From an uncultured Planctomycetia bacterium (GTDB taxonomy: Bacteria > Omnitrophota > Gorgyraeia > 1-14-0-20-64-10): 64,000 nucleotides of DNA. Location: positions 13,695 through 77,694 of the forward strand of contig CAZQXN010000006.1 of NCBI GenBank assembly GCA_964597545.1. The letters are read 5' to 3'. Position 1 is the stretch's first letter. Every line of letters starts with the position of its first letter. The notes below the pieces were generated by a model. That model saw only the letters and a program-made list of their open reading frames with translations. It did no database searches and was not told the DNA's origin. Shown one piece after another: positions 19,603 to 28,720 of this stretch. A program made the position numbers and the translations under genes.

Positions 19603-19677
19603 GGTGGCTATGGTGTAATGGCAGCACGAGAGATTGTGGTTCTCTTAGAGCGGGTTCGACTCCCGTTAGCCACCCCA
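19603..19677 (+). tRNA. tRNA-His (anticodon GTG), encoded G-1 and CCA
   Basis: G-GTGGCTA...AGAGA-TTGTGGT-TCTCT...GGGTTCGACTCCCGTTAGCCAC-C-CCA. The extra 5' G pairs with discriminator C, the His-specific feature. Confidence 0.8.
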
Positions 19678-19751
19678 CCTTTTCCTAATAAGAAATGCGT
19701 GATTTCTGCCCAGATAGGCCATAAATATGGTATATTTACATTGTAAATACC

Positions 19752-20039
19752 ATGCGTGAGATCAAGTTCATTTGGGATGAAAGCAAGAACCGACTCAACC
19801 AGAGAAAGCACAAAGTCTCTTTTGAAGAAGCGAAGACTGTCTTTTACGATGAGAGCGCGGTTGAGTTTCCCGACCCAGATCACTCGGAACGGGAAGATAG
19901 GTTTCTGATGCTTGGAATCAGCTATCGATTGCGGGTGTTGATCGTATGCCATTGCTTTAGAGAGCGAAATTCGACAATCAGGATTATTTCAGCCCGGAAA
20001 GCGACCAAGAAGGAAATCAAACGTTATGAAGAGAGGTGA
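19752..20039 (+). CDS. brnT: BrnT-family ribonuclease toxin (type II TA)
   Basis: IKFIWDESKNRLNQRKHKVSFEEAKTVFYDE...IRIISARKATKKEIKRYEE matches BrnT/DUF497. Confidence 0.75.
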   Translation: MREIKFIWDESKNRLNQRKHKVSFEEAKTVFYDESAVEFPDPDHSEREDRFLMLGISYRLRVLIVCHCFRERNSTIRIISARKATKKEIKRYEER

Positions 20040-20042
20040 ACC

Positions 20043-20255
20043 ATGAGAGCTGAATATGATTTGACTAAGCTGAAAGGTCGGCGCAACCCGTACGCCAAGG
20101 CATTGAAGAGGCAGGTGACGATCCGTCTCGGTACGGACGTGATTGCTTATTTCAAGACGTTGGCAAATCAGACCGGCATACCCTATCAGAGCTTGATTAA
20201 CCTCTATTTGCGGGACTGCGCGGAGCGTCATCGCAAATTAGCTTGGGCCGCCTAA
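20043..20255 (+). CDS. brnA: BrnA-family antitoxin
   Basis: YDLTKLKGRRNPYAKALKRQVTIRLGTDVIAYFKTLANQTGIPYQSLINLYLRDCA is typical BrnA, starting 4 nt after brnT. Confidence 0.7.
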   Translation: MRAEYDLTKLKGRRNPYAKALKRQVTIRLGTDVIAYFKTLANQTGIPYQSLINLYLRDCAERHRKLAWAA

Positions 20256-20270
20256 GCACAAAGGGATTCC

Positions 20271-20852
20271 ATGCCCAGCAATAAGGAAGAGGTAATTCGT
20301 GAAGTAATAAGCTTACGCAAAGAAGCTGTAGCTTTCTTCTCAAATGATTCCAAGAAGGAAAGAGAGAAATGGTGTGTCGGCACGTTTCTCAAGAATTTGC
20401 ACATTCTTTTCGATGAGAACGAGTTATTATCAGTACGCGATGAGCCGCCAGATGTTGCTTTCCGAGATGCATCATTTGAAGTGAAGGAGATAGACGAAGA
20501 AGGTCGTAAAAGGCATTCTGAGAAGAAGGAGAAATTGAAGAAAGCGAAAAGCGCTTTGAGTTTGAGGGATCTGATGGAGCCGTACAGATTCAAAGAGATT
20601 TCTCTTTCGAATGCTATCTGCAGAATGGAGGGGGTACTAGCAGAATCTGTTTATGATCCCGGTCTTTGCAGAAGGACGGACGCCTTGTTTTATCTAAACT
20701 TCGATCTTATAGACGAGCATGCCGGCCCAACCCCAGACCAAGATCTTTGGAGAAAATGGCGTTCTGTCTCTATCGTGACGAACAATAATATTTCTCGTGT
20801 TCTTTGGGCTACCGATACCGCCCCGCAGTTTATCAGGAGATCTTTCGTTTAG
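20271..20852 (+). CDS. Hypothetical protein (low-GC island cargo; possibly DUF1780-like)
   Basis: AT-rich codon usage unlike the host genes. Weak resemblance to DUF1780 N-terminus (..FFSN..KEREKW.V..FL.NL...F...E...). Confidence 0.35.
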   Translation: MPSNKEEVIREVISLRKEAVAFFSNDSKKEREKWCVGTFLKNLHILFDENELLSVRDEPPDVAFRDASFEVKEIDEEGRKRHSEKKEKLKKAKSALSLRDLMEPYRFKEISLSNAICRMEGVLAESVYDPGLCRRTDALFYLNFDLIDEHAGPTPDQDLWRKWRSVSIVTNNNISRVLWATDTAPQFIRRSFV

Positions 20853-20988
20853 AATGCTCGTGCCATGGTTTTGTTGCTCTCAAACAGGTTCTAATGTCAG
20901 CCAGCCACCCCACCTTTTTCTCCTAAGGTCCGATAGAGGGACACAAAACGCCGGGTCGTTTGTTGAACCGGGATTTTTAAATTAACGC

Positions 20989-21017
20989 TTGCACACTATA
21001 TGATAATAGCGTATACT
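20989..21017 (+). promoter_or_regulatory. sigma70-like promoter for higBA (TTGCAC-17-TATACT)
   Basis: TTGCAC at 20989-20994, 17-nt spacer, TATACT at 21012-21017. Lies 10 nt upstream of the higB ATG. Confidence 0.45.
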
Positions 21018-21027
21018 TGGGCTTATC

Positions 21028-21318
21028 ATGATAGCGAGTTTCGGGGATGAATCGACAGAAGATATTTTTAACGGCGCAAATACCAAAGCGGCCCGACGAT
21101 TCCCCATCCAGATTTGGAAAGCAGCATCACGGAAGCTGGATATGCTCAATGCCGCTCATGAGCTGCGGGATTTGAGGGTGTCGCCGGGTAACCGGCTGGA
21201 ATCTTTGCGCGGGACCTTAGCCGGAAAACACAGCATTCGGGTTAATGATCAGTTTCGAATAGTGTTTCGCTGGAAAGATGGAAACGCTCATGAAGTGCGA
21301 ATTATCGATTACCATTAG
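21028..21318 (+). CDS. higB: HigB toxin (RelE/ParE superfamily, 'killer protein')
   Basis: MIASFGDESTEDIF.....RLESLRG..AGKHSIRVNDQFRIVFRWKDGNAHEVRIIDYH matches the HigB pattern. Confidence 0.75.
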   Translation: MIASFGDESTEDIFNGANTKAARRFPIQIWKAASRKLDMLNAAHELRDLRVSPGNRLESLRGTLAGKHSIRVNDQFRIVFRWKDGNAHEVRIIDYH

Positions 21319-21332
21319 TTGAGAGGTGAAGC

Positions 21333-21605
21333 ATGATTCCAAAACATCGCAAACCAAGTCACCCCGGGGAAATTCTTCTTGAGGAATTTCTGGTGCCAAT
21401 GGGATTGAGCCAGGTGGAGCTGGCGCGCCGGATGAAAGTGCCAATACAGCGGGTCAACACCCTTGTCAACGGCAAGCGGGACATCTCGGCGGAGACCGCC
21501 ATTCTGTTGAGCCGGGTTCTGAACACCAGCCCCGAATTTTGGATGAATCTCCAAGATGCGCGTGATCTCTTTGAGGCCAGGGAACATCTGGCCCGCGCCG
21601 CTTAG
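21333..21605 (+). CDS. higA: HigA antitoxin (XRE-family HTH)
   Basis: HPGEILLEEFLVPMGLSQVELARRMKVPIQRVNTLVNGKRDISAETAILLSRVL is an HigA HTH. Confidence 0.75.
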   Translation: MIPKHRKPSHPGEILLEEFLVPMGLSQVELARRMKVPIQRVNTLVNGKRDISAETAILLSRVLNTSPEFWMNLQDARDLFEAREHLARAA

Positions 21606-21666
21606 GCAGCTCTCAGGCAGGCTCTAATGTTGTCCAGCCGGCCGCCCCAGCTTTGAATTCAGTATC

Positions 21667-22575
21667 ATGCCCATGAACAGAGAAGGCCACACACGCCGGA
21701 TCCAAAAAGTCCTCTGGAGAGTCCTGGCGCTCAACGCGCTGGTCGCGGCAGCCAAGATTTTCTACGGCCTCTTCAGCCGCTCGGCCAGCATGACGGCGGA
21801 CGGCTTCCATTCTTTATCCGACGGAGCCTCGAACATCATCGGCCTCGTCGGCATCCGTCTGAGCGCGCAGCCGCAGGATACGGATCATCCGTACGGCCAC
21901 AAGAAGTTCGAGACGCTCTTCGCCATGGGGATCGCCGCCATGCTCTTTTTGGTGGCGTTCGGCCTTGTCCAGAAAGGAATCAGCCGCATCATAGAGCCGG
22001 TCATCCCGCGGGTGGATTTTGTCAGCTTCGCGGTGATGCTGATCACCTTGGCGGTCAACGTCTCGGTGATGCTGTATGAGTACCGGCGCGGCAAAGCACT
22101 GCAGAGCGACATCCTGGTCGCCGATTCCCTGCATACGCGCGCCGACATCTTCACCTCCTGTTCGGTCATTGCCGCTCTGATCGGCGTCAAGGCCGGCGTG
22201 CCGGTGATTGACCCCATCATCACGCTGGTCATCGCCGCCTTCATTGTCCATTCCGCCGTCGGGATCGTCCGGCAGGAGGCCGGGATTCTGTGCGACGCGG
22301 TCGCCATAGGAGACACCGGAAAGGTCCGGGGTGCCGCGCTCCGGATCGAGGGGGTCAAGGGGTGCCACAAGATCCGCAGCCGGGGCCGGCCCGACGACGT
22401 GCATCTGGATCTGCATGTGCAGGTGGACGGGAAGATGACGATAGAGGAGTCACACCGGATCAGCCACCGCATCCAGGAGGCGATCGGCGAGGCATTTCCC
22501 CAGGTAACCGATGTGATTGTCCATATGGAGCCGGCCGGGCAATCCAGCGGTTTGAATCCACCCCGCTTGTGTTAG
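21667..22575 (+). CDS. Cation diffusion facilitator family metal efflux transporter
   Basis: HSLSDGASNIIGLVG...DHPYGHKKFE...C-terminal cytoplasmic domain. Six predicted TMs. Confidence 0.8.
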   Translation: MPMNREGHTRRIQKVLWRVLALNALVAAAKIFYGLFSRSASMTADGFHSLSDGASNIIGLVGIRLSAQPQDTDHPYGHKKFETLFAMGIAAMLFLVAFGLVQKGISRIIEPVIPRVDFVSFAVMLITLAVNVSVMLYEYRRGKALQSDILVADSLHTRADIFTSCSVIAALIGVKAGVPVIDPIITLVIAAFIVHSAVGIVRQEAGILCDAVAIGDTGKVRGAALRIEGVKGCHKIRSRGRPDDVHLDLHVQVDGKMTIEESHRISHRIQEAIGEAFPQVTDVIVHMEPAGQSSGLNPPRLC

Positions 22576-22601
22576 TAGGAATTAAAATCTAATAATCTAG
22601 C

Positions 22602-22630
22602 TTGACGCTTAGAGAATAGTTAAGTAAACT
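22602..22630 (+). promoter_or_regulatory. sigma70-like promoter of giant gene A (TTGACG-17-TAAACT)
   Basis: TTGACG 22602-22607, TAAACT 22625-22630. Lies in an AT-rich stretch. A homologous arrangement is found upstream of the other two giant genes. Confidence 0.4.
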
Positions 22631-22720
22631 TTAAATATAACCCAATATTTACGACCCCGCGAGATTTGACCTCGGAACCATGTTCGCCGCCATGCGGCAC
22701 TCCATAGGGGGGGAGTACCC

Positions 22721-25700
22721 ATGAAGAAAGTGAATGTCTCTTTTTTGAAACGAACCCAGCCTCTTTTTTTAACGATCCTCTTGGCCAGCTTTGTTCTGAC
22801 CCAGCCTGCTTTTGCCCTGCGCGCCAGTGGTGTAGATGCTAGGGGGCAAAAAACGGTACGCTCAGGCTTGGAAGAAACGCTTAAACGGGCCGGAGCGGCG
22901 GCCCGGGCCGGGAATCCGGATGCAGCGCTGGAAGCCGGCGCCTCTGCTGTTGGGCAATTGGCCAGCGCAGCCGGACTCCTTCCGGTAGCCCCGAAGCCCC
23001 CTGGTTTCGCCACCGGCCTGGAGGAAGACGCAGTGGCTGATTTGGACCAAGCCATCTCATATCTTCTGCGCGATCCCGAGGACCCGGACTTGGTGAATGT
23101 GAATGATTTGCTGGCCGAGAAAAATCCAACTGATCTGGCGAAAGGGTTCAGGCTGGCCGCGGCTATTCTTGGCAAAATGACGAGACTCCTCGATGAAGAA
23201 ACGATGGAAGTGCTGGAGGCTTTGATTGCCCGAGGCAAGGAGGAGACCGGCCCGGTATTGAGTGCTGCTTCTGTTGCGGGCGAGGCACTTGAGAGCTTGC
23301 CTGGCAGGGCCGAAGAAGCCAGCTTTGATGCACTCGCTGAGAGATATAAAGCCAGCGGTTTAGAGGAACGGCGGGGCATGACTCGCCGGGAAATGCTTAT
23401 TGGCCTGGCGGCAGCTGGAGCCGGGTTGGCGGTGGGTGTGCCCACGGGAATGTTTCTTCCGAGGTCAGACTCGCCATCGGCCGCTTCTTCGGCTGCACCG
23501 GACGCGGCACAGACAACCCCTGCCCTCACTTGGACCGGTGCGCACTACGAAAAGGGCAGATGGTCTTCTATCGCCTTAACCGGGTACCCTCAGGGTGCGG
23601 TTGCGAGTCTCTGGCGTGCGGAAACAGCACCGCAAGGTCAGCCTCGAAGTTGGGTATTGTTGGGCAGTTCTGATCCCGAGACACAACCCCGATTTGGAGA
23701 GAACGGAAGAGTGGAGCTGAGAGCGGTCCCAGAAGAAATCCCTCTGGAGCCGAACCAGACTCGGATCATAGTCGTCCACGATGTTCAAGCGTGGAACCGG
23801 TTGATGGAGGCATCTGGACCGGAGAACAGGTTAGACGAAACAAGGTTGAACCAGCTCTTGGGGGATCAGGAATTTGTTCAAACAACAGGGTTGAATGTGA
23901 CTGAAATTGCACCCCCAGACGTCAAGTATCTTTCCGCCTTCTCGGTGGAAGCCAAGGTAGACGAACTCCACTATGGACCTTTTGGGGTCGTCCTGCGGTT
24001 GGTCGAGATCCAAGGCGGCTCAGCGGTAGGCGTTTGGCGCAAGCAGAATCTTCCGCACGGACCGGAAGTGTGGAGTTACGACCCGTCGGAAGGATATGAG
24101 GTGGTGAAAGATGTTTGGGCTGGCCGGGGTTCGATACGGCTGGGTGCCAATTGGACAAAGCCCCCACTGCATGCTGGAGAATTTCGTATTGTCATTATGC
24201 CGAATCTCGCCACCTGGGACCACTGGGTGAGATCGGCAAACGAGATGGATGACTTTTCTAACAAGCTTTGGATGTCCACTGAAGAGATGGATCGGTTGGC
24301 TTCCGCTAAGCTTTTTGGGCCGACGACAGCGTTTTTCGTGGTTGAGGTGGGAGACCGGGTGCTTCAGGTTGTCTCGGCGCCACCCGCCGGCCTGGAGGAG
24401 CAGGGAGAAAGCCTGACCTGGAGGGCTTGGATGGCCACGGTGGGTGCTTGGGGGCCTACCAGGAGTTTCCTGAGTCGCGAGGTTATGCCGGCCGATCGAG
24501 CTGCCTTGCGTCGCCAAATCAACGGTCTGCTCAACCGCATGGTTCGGCAAGGGTACGTGGACAATATTCGTCCCATCCTTAAGCATGGGATTCCGGCAGC
24601 GGTCAAGAGCTTAATGCCGATGCAGTTCACTGGTGGGACAGGTTTTGGCGGCGAGCACTTTTACAGCAGGGAACTGGACTGGAACAAGCTGGATTTCGTC
24701 ATGGATTTCCTCTTTGAACTCGGGATTGAGTACCCGAATTGGAGCGAGCTGACGTCTGCGGAACTGGTACAACTTGTCGAGGAGGCCACTCACCTCTACG
24801 AACAGGCCATGGATTACCAAGTGGAAGTCGTCCTGCCGGCGGAAGGCGTTCGTTCTGATATTGAAGCTGCCGAGCGCGAAAGGATGCAGGCAAGAGCAGA
24901 AGCATTAAAGACAAGAGGGTCAGAGGTATTGGAGCACATGTTGTCGGCTGACGAAATTGATGAGGCGGCGACGATAGCCAATTATGAGGAAAAGGATCCC
25001 AATCTCGAAATAAAAAGGCTGCACCGCCACGAGGCTCCTCTTCGGGAAGATCTGGAGAGGCTAGAGGAGGAACTGCGCCAAATAAGCGAAGAGATGCAAC
25101 AGGGGTGGCGGATCCAGCATGTGCGGATTGTTCCCGCCGCCGGCCTGGAGGAAGTGGAAATAGTCTCCGAGCCGATAAGGCAATTCACAGGCCACGGCCA
25201 ATGGGTGTATGGCGTGGCCTTCTCCCCTGACAGCCGATATCTCGCTTCGGCAAGCGCGGACGAGACGGTTCGCCTTTGGGAGGTCAACAGCGGCAGCGAA
25301 GTCCGGCGATTCAAAGGCCATACCGACAGGGCGTGTCGCGTGGCCTTCTCCCCTGACAGCCGATACCTCGCCTCGGCAGGCGACGACAGGACGGTTCGCC
25401 TCTGGGATGTCGCCACCGGCAGCGAAGTCTGGCGATTCGAAAGCCAAGAACAAGGAATGCATATTCATAACATGGCCTTCTCCCCTGACAGCCGATACCT
25501 CACCTCGACAGGCAGCGGCAAGACGGTTCGCTTCTGGGATGTCGCCACCGGCAGCGAAATCCGGAAATTCGAGATCGGCTGGGTGTATACCATAGCCTTC
25601 TCCCCTGACAGCCGATACCTCGCCTCGGCAGGCGGCAAGACGATTCGCCTCTGGGATGTCGACGCCGGCAGTGAAGTCTGGCAATTCGAAGGCGACGACC

Positions 25701-28700
25701 TAATGATGGTGCGTGCCGTAGCCTTCTCCCCTGACAGCCGATACCTTGCCTCGGCAGGCGGCGACAGGACGGTTCGCCTCTGGGATGTCGCCACCGGCAG
25801 CGAAGTCCGGCAATTCAAAGGCCATACCAACTGGGTGTATACCGTGGCCTTCTCCCCTGACAGCCGATACCTTGCCTCGGCAGGGGAGGACAGGATGGTT
25901 CGCCTCTGGGATGTCGCCACCGGCAGCGAAATCCGGCGATTCGAAAGCCACGGCAAAGCGGTGCGTGACGTGGTCTTCTCCCCTGATAGCCGATACCTTA
26001 CCTCGACAGGTGATGGCAACACGATTCGCCTCTGGGAGAGCGGCCTCACCACTACCGGCCTGGAGGAAGGTAAGTCGCCTCGGCCCACCACAGCGCCCAG
26101 CTTCCTGGCGGCCACATTGGAGGCATCCATGGAGCTGGCAAGCGATGGGCCTGTGGCTGTAGCTGATTTGACTGCGGGAGTCAACCAAAGACAGGCTCGG
26201 CAGCTAAAAGAGTCGACTGTGGCAGACCACCTGCATCTGCTGTGGCTTGGCGGAGCCCTAGACAGAGGAGGAAGCACCAAGCGGGACGCAAGATATCAAT
26301 TGGCACGCCGTCCATCGTCAGCCCGCCTGCAAGCTGTTCAGCGCTATCTTAACGGGGCGGCAGGAAGTGCAGTGCGCTACAGCACGCCAAGCGAGCGCAA
26401 AGCGCTTGTTGCCCAACTGCGGAACATTGTCTATACGACGGACGTATCGCGGGCAGCCAAAGCGTACACAGCTGAAGGCGCTGGCGCTGTTCAGACTGCC
26501 GATGACCTGGAGCAGATTGCAGAGGCACTCGGCCTATCCCTTGTGATGCTCAAGCCCGACGCAATCAAGAGGCGACAGGATCGCGCCATCCTGGATTTGC
26601 TTTGGGATGCCAGCAGAGTGCAGATTGTATACATAGGCCAACAGGTTGCGTTGGACCAGGAGACCCAAATAGAGCCCTTTTATGAAGAGCACAGGGAGAA
26701 AGTCTTCTTTCAGGTCCTTCTCGACTACATCGGCGGCGGGGAGGTCGTTCCCATGCTGGTGAGGTCTACAGCCGCCGACGAATCTCCGATCGACCACATC
26801 GCCCGCATTATCGGGCCCACCAACGGCGGCTTTGACAGAGTGAACCCAGCGTCCAGCACCCCGCAAGGCATACGGGGCGCATTGATGAGCGCTCGGGACA
26901 TCAGCTCTGACCCCAGCAGATTCCCGACAACCAACAGAATTCATCGCTCATCCGGCACTTATGCAGATGTCGTCCAAGAAGCCGGTCTCGCCTTTGGCGG
27001 CACAGAGGCGCTGGCGCAGATCGTAGCTGCCCGTGTCTTAAAGATACAGCCCCCCGAACTCGCCTCCGGCCAGGAGGAGGGGGAGACGATGTTCGACCCT
27101 AGGTGGGCTGGGCTACTGGAGCAGTATCGCCTTGAGAGCGTTGAGGAGTTAAGGAGCAATTTGCTCCGGGCATTTACCGATCCGAGCTTTGCGTGGCTCA
27201 CCCCTAAGATGCTCTGGCAAGCGTGGCTCTATGATGAGGAGCGAGGCTTTGATGAAGCTGGCGAAGCGGTGCACATATGGTCTTATGAGGATATAGATGG
27301 TGCTCTCGAGGGATATGCACTTGGCCAGCGGGTTGAGGTGTATCCGGTCAGCACCAGCGAGGTGCGGATTGATATTTTATCCCCCTCCTCACATCCAGGT
27401 GCGCGACCAGTGGGCACCTCTAGCACTGCTACCGTGGGAGAGATAGGTCCCAAGCTGCATGCAGCATTCACCAACTCCCATCCGCGAAGTGATAGTCGGC
27501 TCACCCCAGGGTCGTTGCAGGGGATCGCATTTTACGATGACACACGCCCTATGCAGTATGGTACTCACTTTGTGGCGGATATAACCGACAGGACTAGCTT
27601 GAGAGATGTTCTTGAACAGTATCAGTCCGATCAGCCCGTTACACTCAGCGTGACGGGTAAGCATAAGCTGGCGCTTACAATCATATCCGCCTCCGGCCAG
27701 GAGGAGGGGAAGATAGAAAGGGAAATAGAGGAGGTGAGGGAAAGGCTTGCCGTTGTTAATCATCAACTTGCGCTGGCGAGATTTGTCAGGGCTGAGACGT
27801 TTATGGATCCAGAGCCTAGGTTGCCAGAAGAATCTGCAGAGTTGGACGAGCAATGGCACGTTTTGGTTGGCGACCTAAAACGTCTTCGGCAGGAGCAGCG
27901 AGCTCAGGAGATGGGACTCACCAGCCGGACCGGCCAGGAGGAGGGGGTTGCCAAACCTTTAAGCGAATTGCGGCCTTCACGCTACCTGAGGGACGATTGC
28001 CTTGTTGATTCGAATGCTGGAACAAAGGTGTTTCTGGTTTCCAAAAATCAGCGCGGGTCAGAAGACGTGAGTTTGATAAACATAGCTACACGGGACCCCC
28101 TGGCGTTGCCGGTCCTGATGCTGAAAAAATATCACGTCCTCCGCAGAAGGGCCTCCGGCCAGGAGGAGGCGGTGCGGCAAGCCGCACATGCGTACCTGGC
28201 TCAACCCGGGGTTTTGGAGCAGCTGGATGCTGCAGGTGGCAGCGTGCTGCTGAATTCAGCGGCTGCGCGGCGGTTGCATCCGGCAGCAATGGCGGCCACC
28301 TTGACGCGGGCAGGTGCACCTGCCGGCGTTGAAGAGCCCCCCGGCTTGGTCCTTTCAGACAGCAATCTCATCCCCCAGCGCAACCCTGCGTTACGGAATC
28401 TAGCTATGGTACCGCTGGGCTCCAGCTGGCAGGATGTCGAAAACGCCATCCAGCAGGCCAGCCCCTTTGACTTAATCTTGGTTGAAAAGGAAGCTGGACT
28501 ATCCCCGGAGGTGGTTGCCGCGGCTTTAAGCCAAGCCTTTGGGCAAGGGCCCTCGGCCCGAGCAGTGCTGGCAGATCCCCAGCAGATCGAACTCATTTCA
28601 GCCCAGGCCCTCTATGAGGTCTGGACCGACCAGAGCTTGCCCAAGGTGGTGGCCCTGGGGATCTTTCTCCAGATTCAGACTAAGGCCGGAGAGACCTTTA

Positions 28701-28720
28701 ATCTCGCCATCTGGATGTAA
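22721..28720 (+). CDS. Giant secreted modular protein A (1999 aa): Sec signal peptide, Ala-rich N-region, coiled coil, about 8 WD40 repeats, C-terminal modules separated by [AS]GQEEG motifs
   Basis: N-terminal signal peptide (LFLTILLASFVLTQPAFA). WD40 repeats (FSPDSRYLASAG.DRTVRLWDVATGSE). Recurrent GLEE/GQEE punctuation at module boundaries. Confidence 0.7.
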   Translation: MKKVNVSFLKRTQPLFLTILLASFVLTQPAFALRASGVDARGQKTVRSGLEETLKRAGAAARAGNPDAALEAGASAVGQLASAAGLLPVAPKPPGFATGLEEDAVADLDQAISYLLRDPEDPDLVNVNDLLAEKNPTDLAKGFRLAAAILGKMTRLLDEETMEVLEALIARGKEETGPVLSAASVAGEALESLPGRAEEASFDALAERYKASGLEERRGMTRREMLIGLAAAGAGLAVGVPTGMFLPRSDSPSAASSAAPDAAQTTPALTWTGAHYEKGRWSSIALTGYPQGAVASLWRAETAPQGQPRSWVLLGSSDPETQPRFGENGRVELRAVPEEIPLEPNQTRIIVVHDVQAWNRLMEASGPENRLDETRLNQLLGDQEFVQTTGLNVTEIAPPDVKYLSAFSVEAKVDELHYGPFGVVLRLVEIQGGSAVGVWRKQNLPHGPEVWSYDPSEGYEVVKDVWAGRGSIRLGANWTKPPLHAGEFRIVIMPNLATWDHWVRSANEMDDFSNKLWMSTEEMDRLASAKLFGPTTAFFVVEVGDRVLQVVSAPPAGLEEQGESLTWRAWMATVGAWGPTRSFLSREVMPADRAALRRQINGLLNRMVRQGYVDNIRPILKHGIPAAVKSLMPMQFTGGTGFGGEHFYSRELDWNKLDFVMDFLFELGIEYPNWSELTSAELVQLVEEATHLYEQAMDYQVEVVLPAEGVRSDIEAAERERMQARAEALKTRGSEVLEHMLSADEIDEAATIANYEEKDPNLEIKRLHRHEAPLREDLERLEEELRQISEEMQQGWRIQHVRIVPAAGLEEVEIVSEPIRQFTGHGQWVYGVAFSPDSRYLASASADETVRLWEVNSGSEVRRFKGHTDRACRVAFSPDSRYLASAGDDRTVRLWDVATGSEVWRFESQEQGMHIHNMAFSPDSRYLTSTGSGKTVRFWDVATGSEIRKFEIGWVYTIAFSPDSRYLASAGGKTIRLWDVDAGSEVWQFEGDDLMMVRAVAFSPDSRYLASAGGDRTVRLWDVATGSEVRQFKGHTNWVYTVAFSPDSRYLASAGEDRMVRLWDVATGSEIRRFESHGKAVRDVVFSPDSRYLTSTGDGNTIRLWESGLTTTGLEEGKSPRPTTAPSFLAATLEASMELASDGPVAVADLTAGVNQRQARQLKESTVADHLHLLWLGGALDRGGSTKRDARYQLARRPSSARLQAVQRYLNGAAGSAVRYSTPSERKALVAQLRNIVYTTDVSRAAKAYTAEGAGAVQTADDLEQIAEALGLSLVMLKPDAIKRRQDRAILDLLWDASRVQIVYIGQQVALDQETQIEPFYEEHREKVFFQVLLDYIGGGEVVPMLVRSTAADESPIDHIARIIGPTNGGFDRVNPASSTPQGIRGALMSARDISSDPSRFPTTNRIHRSSGTYADVVQEAGLAFGGTEALAQIVAARVLKIQPPELASGQEEGETMFDPRWAGLLEQYRLESVEELRSNLLRAFTDPSFAWLTPKMLWQAWLYDEERGFDEAGEAVHIWSYEDIDGALEGYALGQRVEVYPVSTSEVRIDILSPSSHPGARPVGTSSTATVGEIGPKLHAAFTNSHPRSDSRLTPGSLQGIAFYDDTRPMQYGTHFVADITDRTSLRDVLEQYQSDQPVTLSVTGKHKLALTIISASGQEEGKIEREIEEVRERLAVVNHQLALARFVRAETFMDPEPRLPEESAELDEQWHVLVGDLKRLRQEQRAQEMGLTSRTGQEEGVAKPLSELRPSRYLRDDCLVDSNAGTKVFLVSKNQRGSEDVSLINIATRDPLALPVLMLKKYHVLRRRASGQEEAVRQAAHAYLAQPGVLEQLDAAGGSVLLNSAAARRLHPAAMAATLTRAGAPAGVEEPPGLVLSDSNLIPQRNPALRNLAMVPLGSSWQDVENAIQQASPFDLILVEKEAGLSPEVVAAALSQAFGQGPSARAVLADPQQIELISAQALYEVWTDQSLPKVVALGIFLQIQTKAGETFNLAIWM
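25190..26040. repeat. Seven or more tandem near-identical about 126-bp DNA repeats encoding WD40 blades
   Basis: GCCTTCTCCCCTGACAGCCGATACCT(C/T)GCCTCGGCAGG recurs at 25217, 25343, 25474, 25595, 25721, 25847 and 25973 with over 90% identity. Confidence 0.8.

Noticed and set aside
24982-26280. Long minus-strand ORFs (144-271 aa) overlapping the middle of giant gene A
   Set aside because: They lie antisense to the near-identical WD40 DNA repeats and are themselves internally repetitive. They are an artefact of repeat periodicity and high GC; the plus-strand frame has clear WD40 and signal-peptide logic.
27064-27080. AGGAGG inside each GQEE codon block as a bona fide internal ribosome-binding site
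   Set aside because: Not rejected outright, but GCC-GGC-CAG-GAG-GAG are simply the preferred codons for A-G-Q-E-E at this GC content, so the Shine-Dalgarno-like core may be a by-product. Only a minority of copies are followed by an in-frame ATG or GTG at usable spacing. Kept as a hypothesis in findings.
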